The notes under the pieces are model-generated. The model was not told the origin of the DNA. It did no database searches and saw nothing but the letters and a program-made list of their open reading frames with translations. This document shows positions 46,589 to 56,762 of a stretch of DNA of 64,000 nt, piece after piece. The number at the start of each line of letters is the position of its first letter. Position 1 is the first letter of the stretch. The DNA comes from Saccharolobus islandicus REY15A (GTDB taxonomy: Archaea > Thermoproteota > Thermoprotei_A > Sulfolobales > Sulfolobaceae), in NCBI RefSeq assembly GCF_000189555.1, contig NC_017276.1; one strand, written 5' to 3'. The position numbers and the translations under genes were made by a program.

Positions 46589-47076
46589 CACAGTACACCC
46601 CTCCATATCGCTTCCGGTCCATAATTAGATATAACAACTACAGTCGCCTCAGTATTAGGGTATGGAGGATATGGTAAATCAGCTATAAAGGTGCCTACCA
46701 TATTTGGATTAATTAGAACGGTATTTGAGACCCACTTATATGGGCCTAAGCTAGTAGAGTAGTTGTAATTAGAAATTATAAGAGTAGATACGTTACTTAC
46801 ATTTGCATAATATTTGATAATTATTGCGAAATCCTTAAAATCATATAATACAGTAGATCCATTATTAGTTATTGTTATATATAATAGGTAACCATTTATC
46901 GTTACACTCTTTATAAATATTCTAGTGTTAAGTTGATTTAGATCCATATTTTGCCTCATATCCTCAGCATGTAATAAGAGTTGCTGACTTTTTATATATG
47001 CTCCTAAAGCAATTAATCCTAGTGAAATTGTAATGAAAAATAATAGCACATATGCTACTACTTGTGAAACTCCCAT
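46588..47076 (-). CDS. arlF: Archaellum stator protein ArlF
   Basis: MGVSQVVAY pilin-like N-terminus, NNGST; gene order. Confidence 0.9.
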   Translation of the reverse strand: MGVSQVVAYVLLFFITISLGLIALGAYIKSQQLLLHAEDMRQNMDLNQLNTRIFIKSVTINGYLLYITITNNGSTVLYDFKDFAIIIKYYANVSNVSTLIISNYNYSTSLGPYKWVSNTVLINPNMVGTFIADLPYPPYPNTEATVVVISNYGPEAIWRGVL

Positions 47077-47078
47077 AC

Positions 47079-47546
47079 CTAACTCGCCTCAAATGTATAG
47101 CTTACTGAATATCCATTAGGGGTAACCAGCTGAACAGTATAATACTGCGTAGTAGATAAGGGTGAGGATAAATAGATGGTAATTTTAGCTACAGAACCAG
47201 GGTATAATGTATTAGTATTAACAACCCAATAGGGTAATGTACTAGAAGAGTTATATCCTATCTGTTGTAGATTTCCTTGTGGACCGAAGTACAATACACT
47301 ATTTTTCAAGTTAAAAATTGTTGACTCTCCTATATTATGTAAGTATACTATTATAGTTGTAGAACTGGCATTTGTAGCATAATCTATTTGAAGATCAGTA
47401 ACCAATTTTTGCGATTGTAATATACTATATGATACCATGTTAGTAGATATGGATGACACTACAGAAAAAACCGATCCCGCAACTACTCCTACTAATGTGA
47501 CTGCTACGATTAACATTATTGTCTCGCTAATCACTTCGCTAGCCAT
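47079..47546 (-). CDS. arlG: Archaellum stator protein ArlG
   Basis: MASEVISETIMLI N-terminus, NIG; gene order; ORF uninterrupted. Confidence 0.9.
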   Translation of the reverse strand: MASEVISETIMLIVAVTLVGVVAGSVFSVVSSISTNMVSYSILQSQKLVTDLQIDYATNASSTTIIVYLHNIGESTIFNLKNSVLYFGPQGNLQQIGYNSSSTLPYWVVNTNTLYPGSVAKITIYLSSPLSTTQYYTVQLVTPNGYSVSYTFEAS

Positions 47547-48300
47547 TCTTCTCTACCTCCAATACCAATAGATACTTTTTCATTTCTGCAGTTACTGAGG
47601 AGTAACTTTCAGCTACATTCATCGCAATATTCGCTAAATCTTTTGCCCTTATCTTTCCATTATTAGTCCTAATATAAGATTGCACCTTGTTCACAATAAA
47701 CATATCATCTGCAGAGATGTAACCTAATTCGTATAAAGCTGTCAACTTAGTATCATCATAATCCAAAATCTCCAATAATACACAATTTCTGATGAAAGTA
47801 GTCAAATCTATGTTTGATGTTCCAATAATTTCAGCTACAGCCTTCAATTCTTTATTACTTTCTGGCCTCTGTTCGCCTTTAGACTGCTCTGATATGATAT
47901 TGAAAGGTGATGATGAATCAGCCTGAGCGGATTTTAGAGATAACACCGTATCTTCAATTGAAGAATTTAATTTCTGTAAGGTTTGCTTTAAATCTTCCAT
48001 AGACCCATTTAGAACATTTACCAGATCACTTTGATATTTATCCATTCTATTTATTAGGTTCTTAAGAAGCTCTTCAATCTCCTTGCTAGAATTGGTCGTA
48101 ATTTGCTGTTGTTGCTGATTTTGTTGCGCAGCAGAAGTAGCTTGTGGCGGTTGTGTATTCTTAGGCCTAGTTATTCTTGGAAATACTATCTTAAAAAAGG
48201 ATATAAAGAATGCTGCCAAGGGTATGCTTATGCTAATCAGTAAAATAAATAGGGGAGATTCCATTAGTTGTTGCAATTCAAGTAAGTTTAAATTTATCAT
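47539..48300 (-). CDS. arlX: Crenarchaeal archaellum scaffold ArlX
   Basis: Single N-terminal TM plus coiled coil, between arlB and arlG. Confidence 0.88.
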   Translation of the reverse strand: MINLNLLELQQLMESPLFILLISISIPLAAFFISFFKIVFPRITRPKNTQPPQATSAAQQNQQQQQITTNSSKEIEELLKNLINRMDKYQSDLVNVLNGSMEDLKQTLQKLNSSIEDTVLSLKSAQADSSSPFNIISEQSKGEQRPESNKELKAVAEIIGTSNIDLTTFIRNCVLLEILDYDDTKLTALYELGYISADDMFIVNKVQSYIRTNNGKIRAKDLANIAMNVAESYSSVTAEMKKYLLVLEVEKNG

Positions 48301-48376
48301 TCTTCACCTCATGAATGTTATAAAGTGGGAAAAAAAGAATGATACCTTTTTATTACCTATTTTTTGCACTCTGATC

Positions 48377-49297
48377 TCACCCTATTACCGATACACTGCC
48401 TTCTGGTTGATACACGTATTCAGATATTGTGAGAGGGGACCCTATGTTAGGTGTGATTTGTATTGTTATTGTCTGATATTGAAATACATGACTTCCTAAA
48501 TCTGGCCCAAACAAGATCATTACTCCGATTACTGATCCAGCGGGGGCAATTGCACTACCTATTAACGGATCTCCAGCGACTGGATAAGTAAATGCAAATG
48601 TTTGATTAACAAACGCATAGTAAGTTACTAATGTGCCGCTAATATTTAGAGTGAAAGTAAACATGTTATCATGCGCTAGGAATGGATATATTTGAGTTGC
48701 TGAAGAGGGAGTTGTAGTAGTAATGTATAAGGGGGATGGAGATACTTTATCTATTTTCGACAAAGTATAGTTAAGCGCTAGTAAGGCATAGTAGGGATTT
48801 GGGTAATATACGTATGTTTGACCTGCATTTGTCTGCTGGTTAACCAGATCTAGATATTGTCCATTCGCGTATACTTGATTTGCTAGTTCAGATGGTGATA
48901 CTGTTAATAAGGTGTATTCATATATATTTGAATATGATATCCCTTCAGCAGAGGCGGTAAATGAAATAGCTGTAGTACTAGGTGACAATTCCACGCTGGA
49001 TACTCCAGAACTGGGAGATACTGTGAAGTATATCCAATAACTTCGCGTATTTGATGGATAGTTAACAGCGTATAGAACAGAGCCAGATAACGTTAATGCT
49101 GTTGACGCCGTCTCTTCTCCTTTATTTATAGTGGATTTGGCTTTTTGTGTCACAAATAATCCCATGTTTATGGCTACGTAAGCTAACACTGATGCAGTTA
49201 TTATGAATGCTATCAATATTATTGCTGTATCTAATCCAGCTAATCCTTTTCTTTTCACTTTTTTATTGTATTCTTTTAACATTTTTTTGGTGTTCAT
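48377..49297 (-). CDS. arlB: Archaellin
   Basis: Class III signal peptide KRKG/LAGLDTAIILIAFIITA. Confidence 0.96.
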   Translation of the reverse strand: MNTKKMLKEYNKKVKRKGLAGLDTAIILIAFIITASVLAYVAINMGLFVTQKAKSTINKGEETASTALTLSGSVLYAVNYPSNTRSYWIYFTVSPSSGVSSVELSPSTTAISFTASAEGISYSNIYEYTLLTVSPSELANQVYANGQYLDLVNQQTNAGQTYVYYPNPYYALLALNYTLSKIDKVSPSPLYITTTTPSSATQIYPFLAHDNMFTFTLNISGTLVTYYAFVNQTFAFTYPVAGDPLIGSAIAPAGSVIGVMILFGPDLGSHVFQYQTITIQITPNIGSPLTISEYVYQPEGSVSVIG

Positions 49298-49335
49298 TTT
49301 TAGATCACTTGCTGAAATCCGTTTCTCAGAACACT

Positions 49336-49350
49336 TTTAAAAACCTCTCT
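49336..49350 (-). promoter_or_regulatory. Probable arlB promoter (BRE/TATA)
   Basis: Minus strand GAGAGG-TTTTTAAAA about 40 nt upstream of the arlB ATG. Confidence 0.5.
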
Positions 49351-49419
49351 CTGATTTTCGACTACCAGTCTACATGACTTTAGGCTATTTTTTAAGTAAC
49401 TGTTTCCAAGTAATGTTTA

Positions 49420-49905
49420 ATGACTCCCGTCTTTCTAGAATACAAGGTTATATATGATAATATTACATATTATATTATTTACATTTTTATTTATAACTTA
49501 TCACTAAAGTTAGTAACAATGTATACAATAAATCCAAATTCTCATACAATTCTTAGTTATAATGTATCTCTGGAGCCTCAACAAATTTTTTCAAACATTA
49601 CTGGAATATCTACATATTATAGCTTGGATGGGAAAAAGATTCTTGCTTATGAAAATAATAATGGAAGTATAATCGTAGCATATAATGGGTTAATTCTGAA
49701 AAAGGTTAGCAATAACTCTGTTCGTTATCTAATAGCTGCTAACTATCCGGGAATTGATAACAGTAAATTCCCTAATCTTTATAAACTAGCTAAAATCTCC
49801 ATTTTTGATACTAATATAAGGGTCCTAGTTTTAGGAGTTTTATTGACTATTTTATCATCCTTCGTTCTAAAGATTATGGTGGGACGGTATGATAAGGTTA
49901 GATAA
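49420..49905 (+). CDS. Hypothetical protein with C-terminal TM
   Basis: Asn/Tyr/Ile-rich ORF with a hydrophobic C-terminus; start uncertain. Confidence 0.5.
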   Translation: MTPVFLEYKVIYDNITYYIIYIFIYNLSLKLVTMYTINPNSHTILSYNVSLEPQQIFSNITGISTYYSLDGKKILAYENNNGSIIVAYNGLILKKVSNNSVRYLIAANYPGIDNSKFPNLYKLAKISIFDTNIRVLVLGVLLTILSSFVLKIMVGRYDKVR

Positions 49906-51358
49906 AAATAACTTCATTCCCTGGATTTCTATAGTTTTTTTATTGTTTGCTTATTCCATAGGTACTGGCTTGTATATAACCATTCAACGTGTTACATACT
50001 ATCCTATTTTTGAATCTAAAATTGTTTCAGTACTTCTCACGATATTCTCATCATCATTAATGACTCTTTACAATTACAAGAGATATGTTTTTCTAGTTCC
50101 ATTATCTCTATTGTCCTTCTTCTCTGTATCATTAACTCCCCTTATAATATCTATATTTATTTTACATGAGCTAAGGAAAGTTGATCGAACAGTTAGTATT
50201 ATATTGCTAATAATAGATGCGTCTATGTTATCATGGCTCACTCTACGTTTACTATTAGGCATTAATACTTACTTTTCCTTTCCTCTCATGATTTTAGAAG
50301 CGGGAGCACCCACAGTAATTCCATTTATATGGTTTGCTGGAGTAGTATTCTCTGCTTATAAAAGAGATTTAAGTAGTAAGAGCCAACTATTCATCAATCC
50401 CTTAATTCCATTTATTGTAGCTCTACTTATTTCTCTAGTCCCTTACTTTCCTTTTATAAATCCTTATAAATTTCCAGAAACTGTTGATTTTAAGTATTAT
50501 TACTCATGGCTTCTATCACCTACTTTAAGTGGGTGGTTCTTTTACTCGAGGCCTCTGTATTTAATGCTTTTATACGCATTATCATTTATTTTCAAGCCGT
50601 ATACAGTAGCGTACTATGAATTTGCATTTCTTTCTATTCTTTATGTATATTCTGCATATAAACTAGCCTCAGCGCTAGATAAATCTATAGCTTCCCTAGC
50701 AGCCTTATTAGCTGCGGTATCTCCTATGTTAATAACCTTTCTCTATTCTGGTTTGGAGGCTAACTTATTTTCAATTTCATTAATGTTTATCTCAATGTCG
50801 TATTTTCTCAAAAAAGAGAAATTAAGTTTAGCAATACTTTTTTCTTTACTATCGATGTTCTCTCATATATACGCTTGGGCTCAGTTATCTGCTAGTATAG
50901 CTCTATACTACCTTCTTAAATCAATTAGACTTAAATCTAGACCAGACAACTATACGCTAACTTATTTGTCCTTTTCAATTCCCTTTATAGCCATTGGATT
51001 CTTCCTAATTTTAAGTGGTGTTTTCCCCATACCTATGGGACTATTAAACTATAATCAACTTATATACCAAATAGCTGTAGTGAGTTGGGGATCGAATAAT
51101 GCTTTGCTTTACTTTTTGTTATCATCCTTTGGAAACAAGTATATTAAGGAAGAAGTTCTAGATTTCGTGTATTCAATCTCGGTATTTGGTATTATTTTTC
51201 TGGCACCAGCTACCAATTTAATAATTGATTTGCCTCTTTTCATTCCTGCAGCTTATACCATAAGAAATATTGATAGGCAGAACGTGTCAGTATTATTACT
51301 TCTGAGTTTAATACTATGGGGTATTTATATGAGTATTAATAGCGTTCCTATGCTATGA
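49889..51358 (+). CDS. Polytopic membrane protein, possibly GT-C fold
   Basis: About 13 TM; PETVDFKYY loop, AAVSP, SHIY. Confidence 0.6.
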   Translation: MIRLDKNNFIPWISIVFLLFAYSIGTGLYITIQRVTYYPIFESKIVSVLLTIFSSSLMTLYNYKRYVFLVPLSLLSFFSVSLTPLIISIFILHELRKVDRTVSIILLIIDASMLSWLTLRLLLGINTYFSFPLMILEAGAPTVIPFIWFAGVVFSAYKRDLSSKSQLFINPLIPFIVALLISLVPYFPFINPYKFPETVDFKYYYSWLLSPTLSGWFFYSRPLYLMLLYALSFIFKPYTVAYYEFAFLSILYVYSAYKLASALDKSIASLAALLAAVSPMLITFLYSGLEANLFSISLMFISMSYFLKKEKLSLAILFSLLSMFSHIYAWAQLSASIALYYLLKSIRLKSRPDNYTLTYLSFSIPFIAIGFFLILSGVFPIPMGLLNYNQLIYQIAVVSWGSNNALLYFLLSSFGNKYIKEEVLDFVYSISVFGIIFLAPATNLIIDLPLFIPAAYTIRNIDRQNVSVLLLLSLILWGIYMSINSVPML

Positions 51359-51798
51359 TAGTAAGATTTTTATTTTACTTAAGAAGAGATTTATTAACAA
51401 TGAGGGATATATATCAGTTACTATTAGTTGGCATTATCTCTTTGTTAGTAATTATAACTGCAGCATCTAGGCTTTATGTTCTTCTTGTTCCTATTTTTTT
51501 GTTTTCAATATACTTGATTACTGAGTCTAGAATACCAGAAATAAAAGATTTGAAATCATTTTATAAATACGTAGAAAAAGTGTATGGAAGAGATTTCGCA
51601 GCCACTATTAGGAAGAAATATAATATTATTCAAGGTGATTTAACATTGGCTTATTTCCCGTCATCAATTAAAGATAATACTGTAGTTATAAGCAATAATC
51701 ACCTAATTTTGAAACTAAATTCTAAAGTATTAGTATTAAGTAAATATGAGGGTGTTGACTATTTAATAGATATGATAAAAGATAATAGATCTAGTTAA
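51355..51798 (+). CDS. Hypothetical membrane protein
   Basis: Two N-terminal TM helices; ATGA overlap with the upstream gene. Confidence 0.55.
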   Translation: MIVRFLFYLRRDLLTMRDIYQLLLVGIISLLVIITAASRLYVLLVPIFLFSIYLITESRIPEIKDLKSFYKYVEKVYGRDFAATIRKKYNIIQGDLTLAYFPSSIKDNTVVISNNHLILKLNSKVLVLSKYEGVDYLIDMIKDNRSS

Positions 51799-51881
51799 TG
51801 AATATATTCTTTGTAGAGATAATACGGTTTGGCTAATTATAAATAACACTTAAATAGATCTGATCGCTAATAATTAATGGG

Positions 51882-52691
51882 ATGTCATATAATGTGTTCG
51901 ATATCTTAAGGGAATTAGATTCAATAGTAGATTTTGCTAGGGCTAAATTACAATGGGATATTTTATTTTTCATTAATTCTAAGGGGCCCTCATCTGTTTC
52001 AGAAATAGCCGAGGGCACCAATAACAGCAAAAAGGCCGTAATTGATGCTATAAGGAAACTTATAGAAAAGGAACTGATTATTAAGATTAAGTATGACGTT
52101 TACGATTTGTCGGATAAGGGAAAGCAAGTATTAAATAAACTCAATTCCTTCACATCTAATACAGTACCTAGTCAAAATGATGCTGATCACGGAAATAGCA
52201 CGTTATCAAATATGGACAATCCTTCACAGAACTTCTATTTATTAGAATTGATAAAGATATCTTTGCTTAATAATGGTATTTTACCTATTGACAAAGCGTA
52301 TAGAGAATTGGGAATTTCGAAACAGACACTCAAGTATTATCTAGAATTATTTATGCAAAAGAAGATTTTTAAAAAAGTTAACAAGAAGAACTTCTTAGGA
52401 AGGAATATTCAAAGTGCAGTGCTAACTAGTGAGGGAAGGAAAATAGCGTATAGGGTACCTAGTCTAATTAAAATAAGAAATAATTTATTTTTAAGGTTAT
52501 TATTAAAAATGACTTTTAGTATAAGTTATGAATCAGCCTTGCTGAAACTTATGGTTTTCTTCGCGTTATCGTCACCTATAATAATATATTATGATGGTGA
52601 TGCCCCCATTCGTATGATTGGCATTTTATGGTTATATATGTTGGTTTTCACCTCACTATTGAGTGTATTCGCTTATTTAACAATGAGATAG
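51882..52691 (+). CDS. arnR: Membrane-anchored archaellum regulator, ArnR-like
   Basis: N-terminal wHTH (SVSEIAEGTNNSKKAVIDAIRKL), two C-terminal TM helices, location next to the arl operon. Confidence 0.7.
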   Translation: MSYNVFDILRELDSIVDFARAKLQWDILFFINSKGPSSVSEIAEGTNNSKKAVIDAIRKLIEKELIIKIKYDVYDLSDKGKQVLNKLNSFTSNTVPSQNDADHGNSTLSNMDNPSQNFYLLELIKISLLNNGILPIDKAYRELGISKQTLKYYLELFMQKKIFKKVNKKNFLGRNIQSAVLTSEGRKIAYRVPSLIKIRNNLFLRLLLKMTFSISYESALLKLMVFFALSSPIIIYYDGDAPIRMIGILWLYMLVFTSLLSVFAYLTMR

Positions 52692-52704
52692 GTGATGGTT
52701 ATAT

Positions 52705-53190
52705 ATGGAGTTAGCTAATGTTAGTCTTCTATATTTAATAACTGGGAATTATACTCATTATCTTATGCTGATTACTATACTTAATGTTAGCAAAAATTTT
52801 GCTATTATAAACATGACTGAGATAAGTCATAACATTACATTATCATATGTCGTAGCTTATCCAATTTTCCTTCTTTATGTACCAAATGTAACACAACAAA
52901 GTACAGTCACTCAGTTTGAGGGGATAAATACCACTATTCTAAACATACGCAATTTTACAATTTATGTTGACGTATACAATGGCATAGTGATACATTACAT
53001 AGGACATGGAATTAATGCAACTCTAATTGGAGCTACAATTCCCCTAGGCCCAGGGGTGTATAAATTAATCCCTTCCTATATGCTAGGTCACCAAAGAAAT
53101 AATAATGTAGAAGAATACGAGACAGTTCTTCTTACGATTGTGCTAGTAGTTTCGTTCTACATCATTTTTGAGAGGATGGATAAAAAATGA
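52705..53190 (+). CDS. Hypothetical membrane-anchored protein
   Basis: N-x-S/T-rich beta-type sequence with a C-terminal TM. Confidence 0.5.
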   Translation: MELANVSLLYLITGNYTHYLMLITILNVSKNFAIINMTEISHNITLSYVVAYPIFLLYVPNVTQQSTVTQFEGINTTILNIRNFTIYVDVYNGIVIHYIGHGINATLIGATIPLGPGVYKLIPSYMLGHQRNNNVEEYETVLLTIVLVVSFYIIFERMDKK

Positions 53191-53369
53191 AAATATATAA
53201 TCTCGGAAGGGCTTTAGTTTTGACTGGTATAGTAGAGTTAATATTAACTTCTCTTTTTTATTCTGATAAGAGAGTTATTTTATCAGTATTATTGGGGGAT
53301 TATTCGTATTTTTGCCTACTTATTGGTGTTATAGTTATAGCCGTATATGGAGCAATAACTAAGAATTAA
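53187..53369 (+). CDS. Small 2-TM protein
   Basis: 60 aa with two hydrophobic helices; ATGA overlap. Confidence 0.5.
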   Translation: MKIYNLGRALVLTGIVELILTSLFYSDKRVILSVLLGDYSYFCLLIGVIVIAVYGAITKN

Positions 53370-53594
53370 TGTTTTGAATTATGAAAATTATTTTAATCTC
53401 CGACCTCCAAATCTTTTATCTATCATAATTCTAAGATCTGTTAATTACGAGTATAATTAATGATAGTTAATATATGTTTCAAGTTGTGGATTAGCTATAT
53501 TTAATTATTATTTAATATATTCTTGAGGTCATATGTTATAAGTAACCATAAAGATTTATAACCTATAACTAGTAATTTATATAGGCGATAATTT

Positions 53595-53819
53595 GTGGAA
53601 AAGATAGTGAAAGTTAATGATACCACTTATATACTAGAAGATGAACGATCGGTTGTTATAACATTCAAGCTGGAAGAAAATATTTTGAGTATGGTTGATG
53701 AAATTGTGAAGAAGTTAGGCTACGATTATAGAAGTGATTTCATTAGAGACGCTATAGAGAAATATATAAACTATCTTAAGTCAAGTAGTAATAACAGTAA
53801 GATGAATATCAATGAATAA
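53595..53819 (+). CDS. Ribbon-helix-helix (CopG-like) protein
   Basis: VITFKLEENILSMVDEIVKKLGYDYRSDFIRDAIEKYI. Confidence 0.8.
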   Translation: MEKIVKVNDTTYILEDERSVVITFKLEENILSMVDEIVKKLGYDYRSDFIRDAIEKYINYLKSSSNNSKMNINE

Positions 53820-53857
53820 AAGTTTAAGTAAACACAAATTAATTTACCAAGTTGATT

Positions 53858-54873
53858 CATAGTGCCATCATTAGCGTATAAATATTTGTAATACAAATAT
53901 TATTTATGGGAAGGCATTACATGCCATGCCTCTAATAAGCCTAGGTTTGCAACCGTAGGAGGAAGCTTGTAATTAGGGAAGACTTAGCATGTCCTTCTTG
54001 TGGTAGTCATCATGTTGTTAAGTGTAGTGGGTCTTGAGACAAGCAGAAGTATTTGTGTAGGGATTGTGGTAAGTACTTCTTGGGTGACGCTACTTACCAT
54101 CACCATTCTAGGAAGTGGAGGGAGTGGCTTTGAAAATGTATGCTAATGGTATGAGTATGAGAGCTATTTCCAGATTGCTTAACGTACCTCTAGGTACCGT
54201 GTTTACGCGGATCAAGCGTTATGGCAAGTAGAGGTATGATAGACCTGTGGACTTATGGGGAAAGGCTAAGGATTTGATTAAGGGTAATGTTATTACTAAG
54301 GTTGTTGATAAGATGTGGACTTATTTATATAGGAACGCTAGGGCCTTCTATAAGTGGGCGTTCACTCGCTACGTGTACACTAGTATTTCCATTAAATTTA
54401 TAGTCTAGTATTATTTGATAAACTAATTATGAAAATTATAGTTATACAATATTGGCATTGATGAGTACGTTCACCCTAATGAGTTAATCCTTTTTATCTC
54501 AAATTCATTAGGAACTTATTAACGAATGATGGAGTGCAAAAATTTTCTGGAAATACTAACGAATCTGGGTTTTTACCTCATTTACTCCGTTGTTGATAGG
54601 GATGAGAATACTTTTCGTGAAATTAAGAGATATCTCCCAGATGGTGGTAGGTGGGTGATGATTATAACTACTACTTCTGGTTAAAGGACTATACAGTAGT
54701 CTATCCCGTTAATCTCAACAAGCCACTACACTAATCATTAAGGGATAGGGTTAGGTTCAAGAGGGCTACGAAGGCTGTTAATAGGAGTTGTCAGATGATG
54801 AGATATTCTATAGCAATAGTCTTATGGGACGGAAAGTTGATCCCTGAATTTATACCCTAATGACGAGACTATG
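53858..54873 (+). mobile_element. Degenerate IS1-family element (ISC796-like) with pseudogenised transposase
   Basis: Imperfect TIRs CATAGT..TCATTAG(C/G)GTATAAAT; CPSCGSHHVVKC and SLRDR-like remnants with stops and frameshifts; homologous to the 38189-40221 copy. Confidence 0.85.
54381..54558. mobile_element. MITE-like insertion (178 bp)
   Basis: Perfect 11-bp TIR TAGTATTTCCA/TGGAAATACTA (17 of 19 when extended), flanked by AC duplication, non-coding, interrupts the IS1 copy. Confidence 0.8.
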
Positions 54874-55005
54874 AGATAATTGTAGGAATATAGATGCATA
54901 AAGGAAATTAAAAAGACTTGTATGACTAAGATGTAATTCTGAAAAGTAAGAATCATACATAAAATTTTTATTTAGCATTTGGAGAATAGTTATATGGTTT
55001 AGATT

Positions 55006-55734
55006 ATGGAAGCCATTTATGTACTTGGAGTAAAAGGAGGTATAGGCAAAACAACCTTTTCTCTTTATTTTGCTAAACGCTTGTCTTTAATGGGTAAAAA
55101 CGTTATGTATATTGATCATGATTATTTTTCCTTTGGATCTTTAATATTAGGACATAATGACCTTGGACTTCTGGAGGAGATCGAACGTAATTTGCCAATA
55201 TTTTCAAGAAGTTTAAAAAACATTGATAATCTTTATGTCTTAAAACTTTTTTCAAATCCTTTAAACATAAACAAGAATTATTCTTTATTAAGCAATAAGA
55301 TACAGCAAGTTTTAAATAGTATTCTTAAAAGAGAAGTAGATTACATTATTTTAGATTCTTCAGTGGGTATACTTCCAGATAATGATATTGTAATGGCATT
55401 ACTAGAAGAGTTAGAGATAGAGAAAGAAGGAGTGTTCTTAAGTGATATGCTGTCTGTAAATTCCACTATAAAATACGCTAAATTATGGGAAAATAATATA
55501 AAATATAAGGTATTAGTTATAAATATGGTTCCACCAATACCAGAAAACCTATCTGAAGCCATAAAAATTGCAAATGAAGTCTATAATAATTATAACGAGC
55601 TATTTAATGCTGCTATAGTTGTTCAATTTGACGAGAAAATGTATAACTATAATCCAATAATTGCTGAGTACGAAAACGAGAAACTGAATAGTATATTATT
55701 ATCTATACTTTATCGATATAATACTCTCAAATAA
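55006..55734 (+). CDS. MinD/ParA-like ATPase 1
   Basis: Deviant Walker A GVKGGIGKTT, IDHD, YIILDSS, VINMV. Confidence 0.8.
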   Translation: MEAIYVLGVKGGIGKTTFSLYFAKRLSLMGKNVMYIDHDYFSFGSLILGHNDLGLLEEIERNLPIFSRSLKNIDNLYVLKLFSNPLNINKNYSLLSNKIQQVLNSILKREVDYIILDSSVGILPDNDIVMALLEELEIEKEGVFLSDMLSVNSTIKYAKLWENNIKYKVLVINMVPPIPENLSEAIKIANEVYNNYNELFNAAIVVQFDEKMYNYNPIIAEYENEKLNSILLSILYRYNTLK

Positions 55735-55994
55735 ACATGATATTGTTAATATATGTAGTAAAAAAGATAATTATTGCGTTTATAGTGAGTATTTTAGAAA
55801 GGGTTGATAGAATGGAGCTAAAAGAAAGAAGTATTTAACTGTTATTTAAACCCTTAAGTCAAATTACGTTTTAAGAGTGTAATAATTAAAGCTAATTATC
55901 GATATTCAAGGAAGTTTTGACTGAAAGTTTAGAGAAAATATTGGGGATATTTTCTAATATAGATTTATAAGGTTGTTGCTCATAATAGAAATCA

Positions 55995-56762
55995 ATGATT
56001 AGGATAAATGTGGTTGGATTTAAAGGTGGTTCTGGAAAATCTACTGTATCGTATTATTTAGCCAGACAGCTAAGTGAGTATTACAATGTAGTACTTGTAG
56101 ATAAGACATATTCTGGAACTATAAGCCGGATATATAATATTAATAATAACATTTTTTCCTTTCTGAAAGGAAGGAACGAGTTATTTTATGTTAGTAAGAA
56201 TAGCTTTTCAGTTATAAACATGTCCTTTTCAAGTGAAAATAATCTTAATAATTTTGATTTTAACACATTCAAATACTTGTATGGTAAATTAATAAAGGAT
56301 AGTGATATAGTTATTGTAGATCATTCATCTATTCCTCATGACTTCGCAACCGAGATAGAGTTAAAGGCATTTATGGAAAATTTTAAAAACTTTGCATATA
56401 ATACAGTATTAGTTCTTAGTGGAGATGAGATTCCGATAAAAAGATATTTAAACTATACAACTCTTCTAAATGATTTTGTGAAGAATTACGCTGAGAAAAT
56501 CTTAGGTATTTCTTTACCAAGAGATGTTAAATTTCTAAAAATTATAGCAGTGATTATAAATAAAATCCTTAAAGGTCAAGAAAGTAAGTTAGATGAACTC
56601 ATAAGAGGAGACGAAATATTGCAGAGATCTGCCAGATTTGTTATTCCCTTTTATCTTTCTCTAACGCAAAGGCATTTCAAAGATATTGAGCCCCCTAAAG
56701 AGATAATTGATATCGTTAGATATATATTAGATTTGTTGAGAGAGCCCACCTCGATTTTATGA
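55995..56762 (+). CDS. MinD/ParA-like ATPase 2
   Basis: GFKGGSGKST, VLVD, VIVDHS, IINK. Confidence 0.8.
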   Translation: MIRINVVGFKGGSGKSTVSYYLARQLSEYYNVVLVDKTYSGTISRIYNINNNIFSFLKGRNELFYVSKNSFSVINMSFSSENNLNNFDFNTFKYLYGKLIKDSDIVIVDHSSIPHDFATEIELKAFMENFKNFAYNTVLVLSGDEIPIKRYLNYTTLLNDFVKNYAEKILGISLPRDVKFLKIIAVIINKILKGQESKLDELIRGDEILQRSARFVIPFYLSLTQRHFKDIEPPKEIIDIVRYILDLLREPTSIL

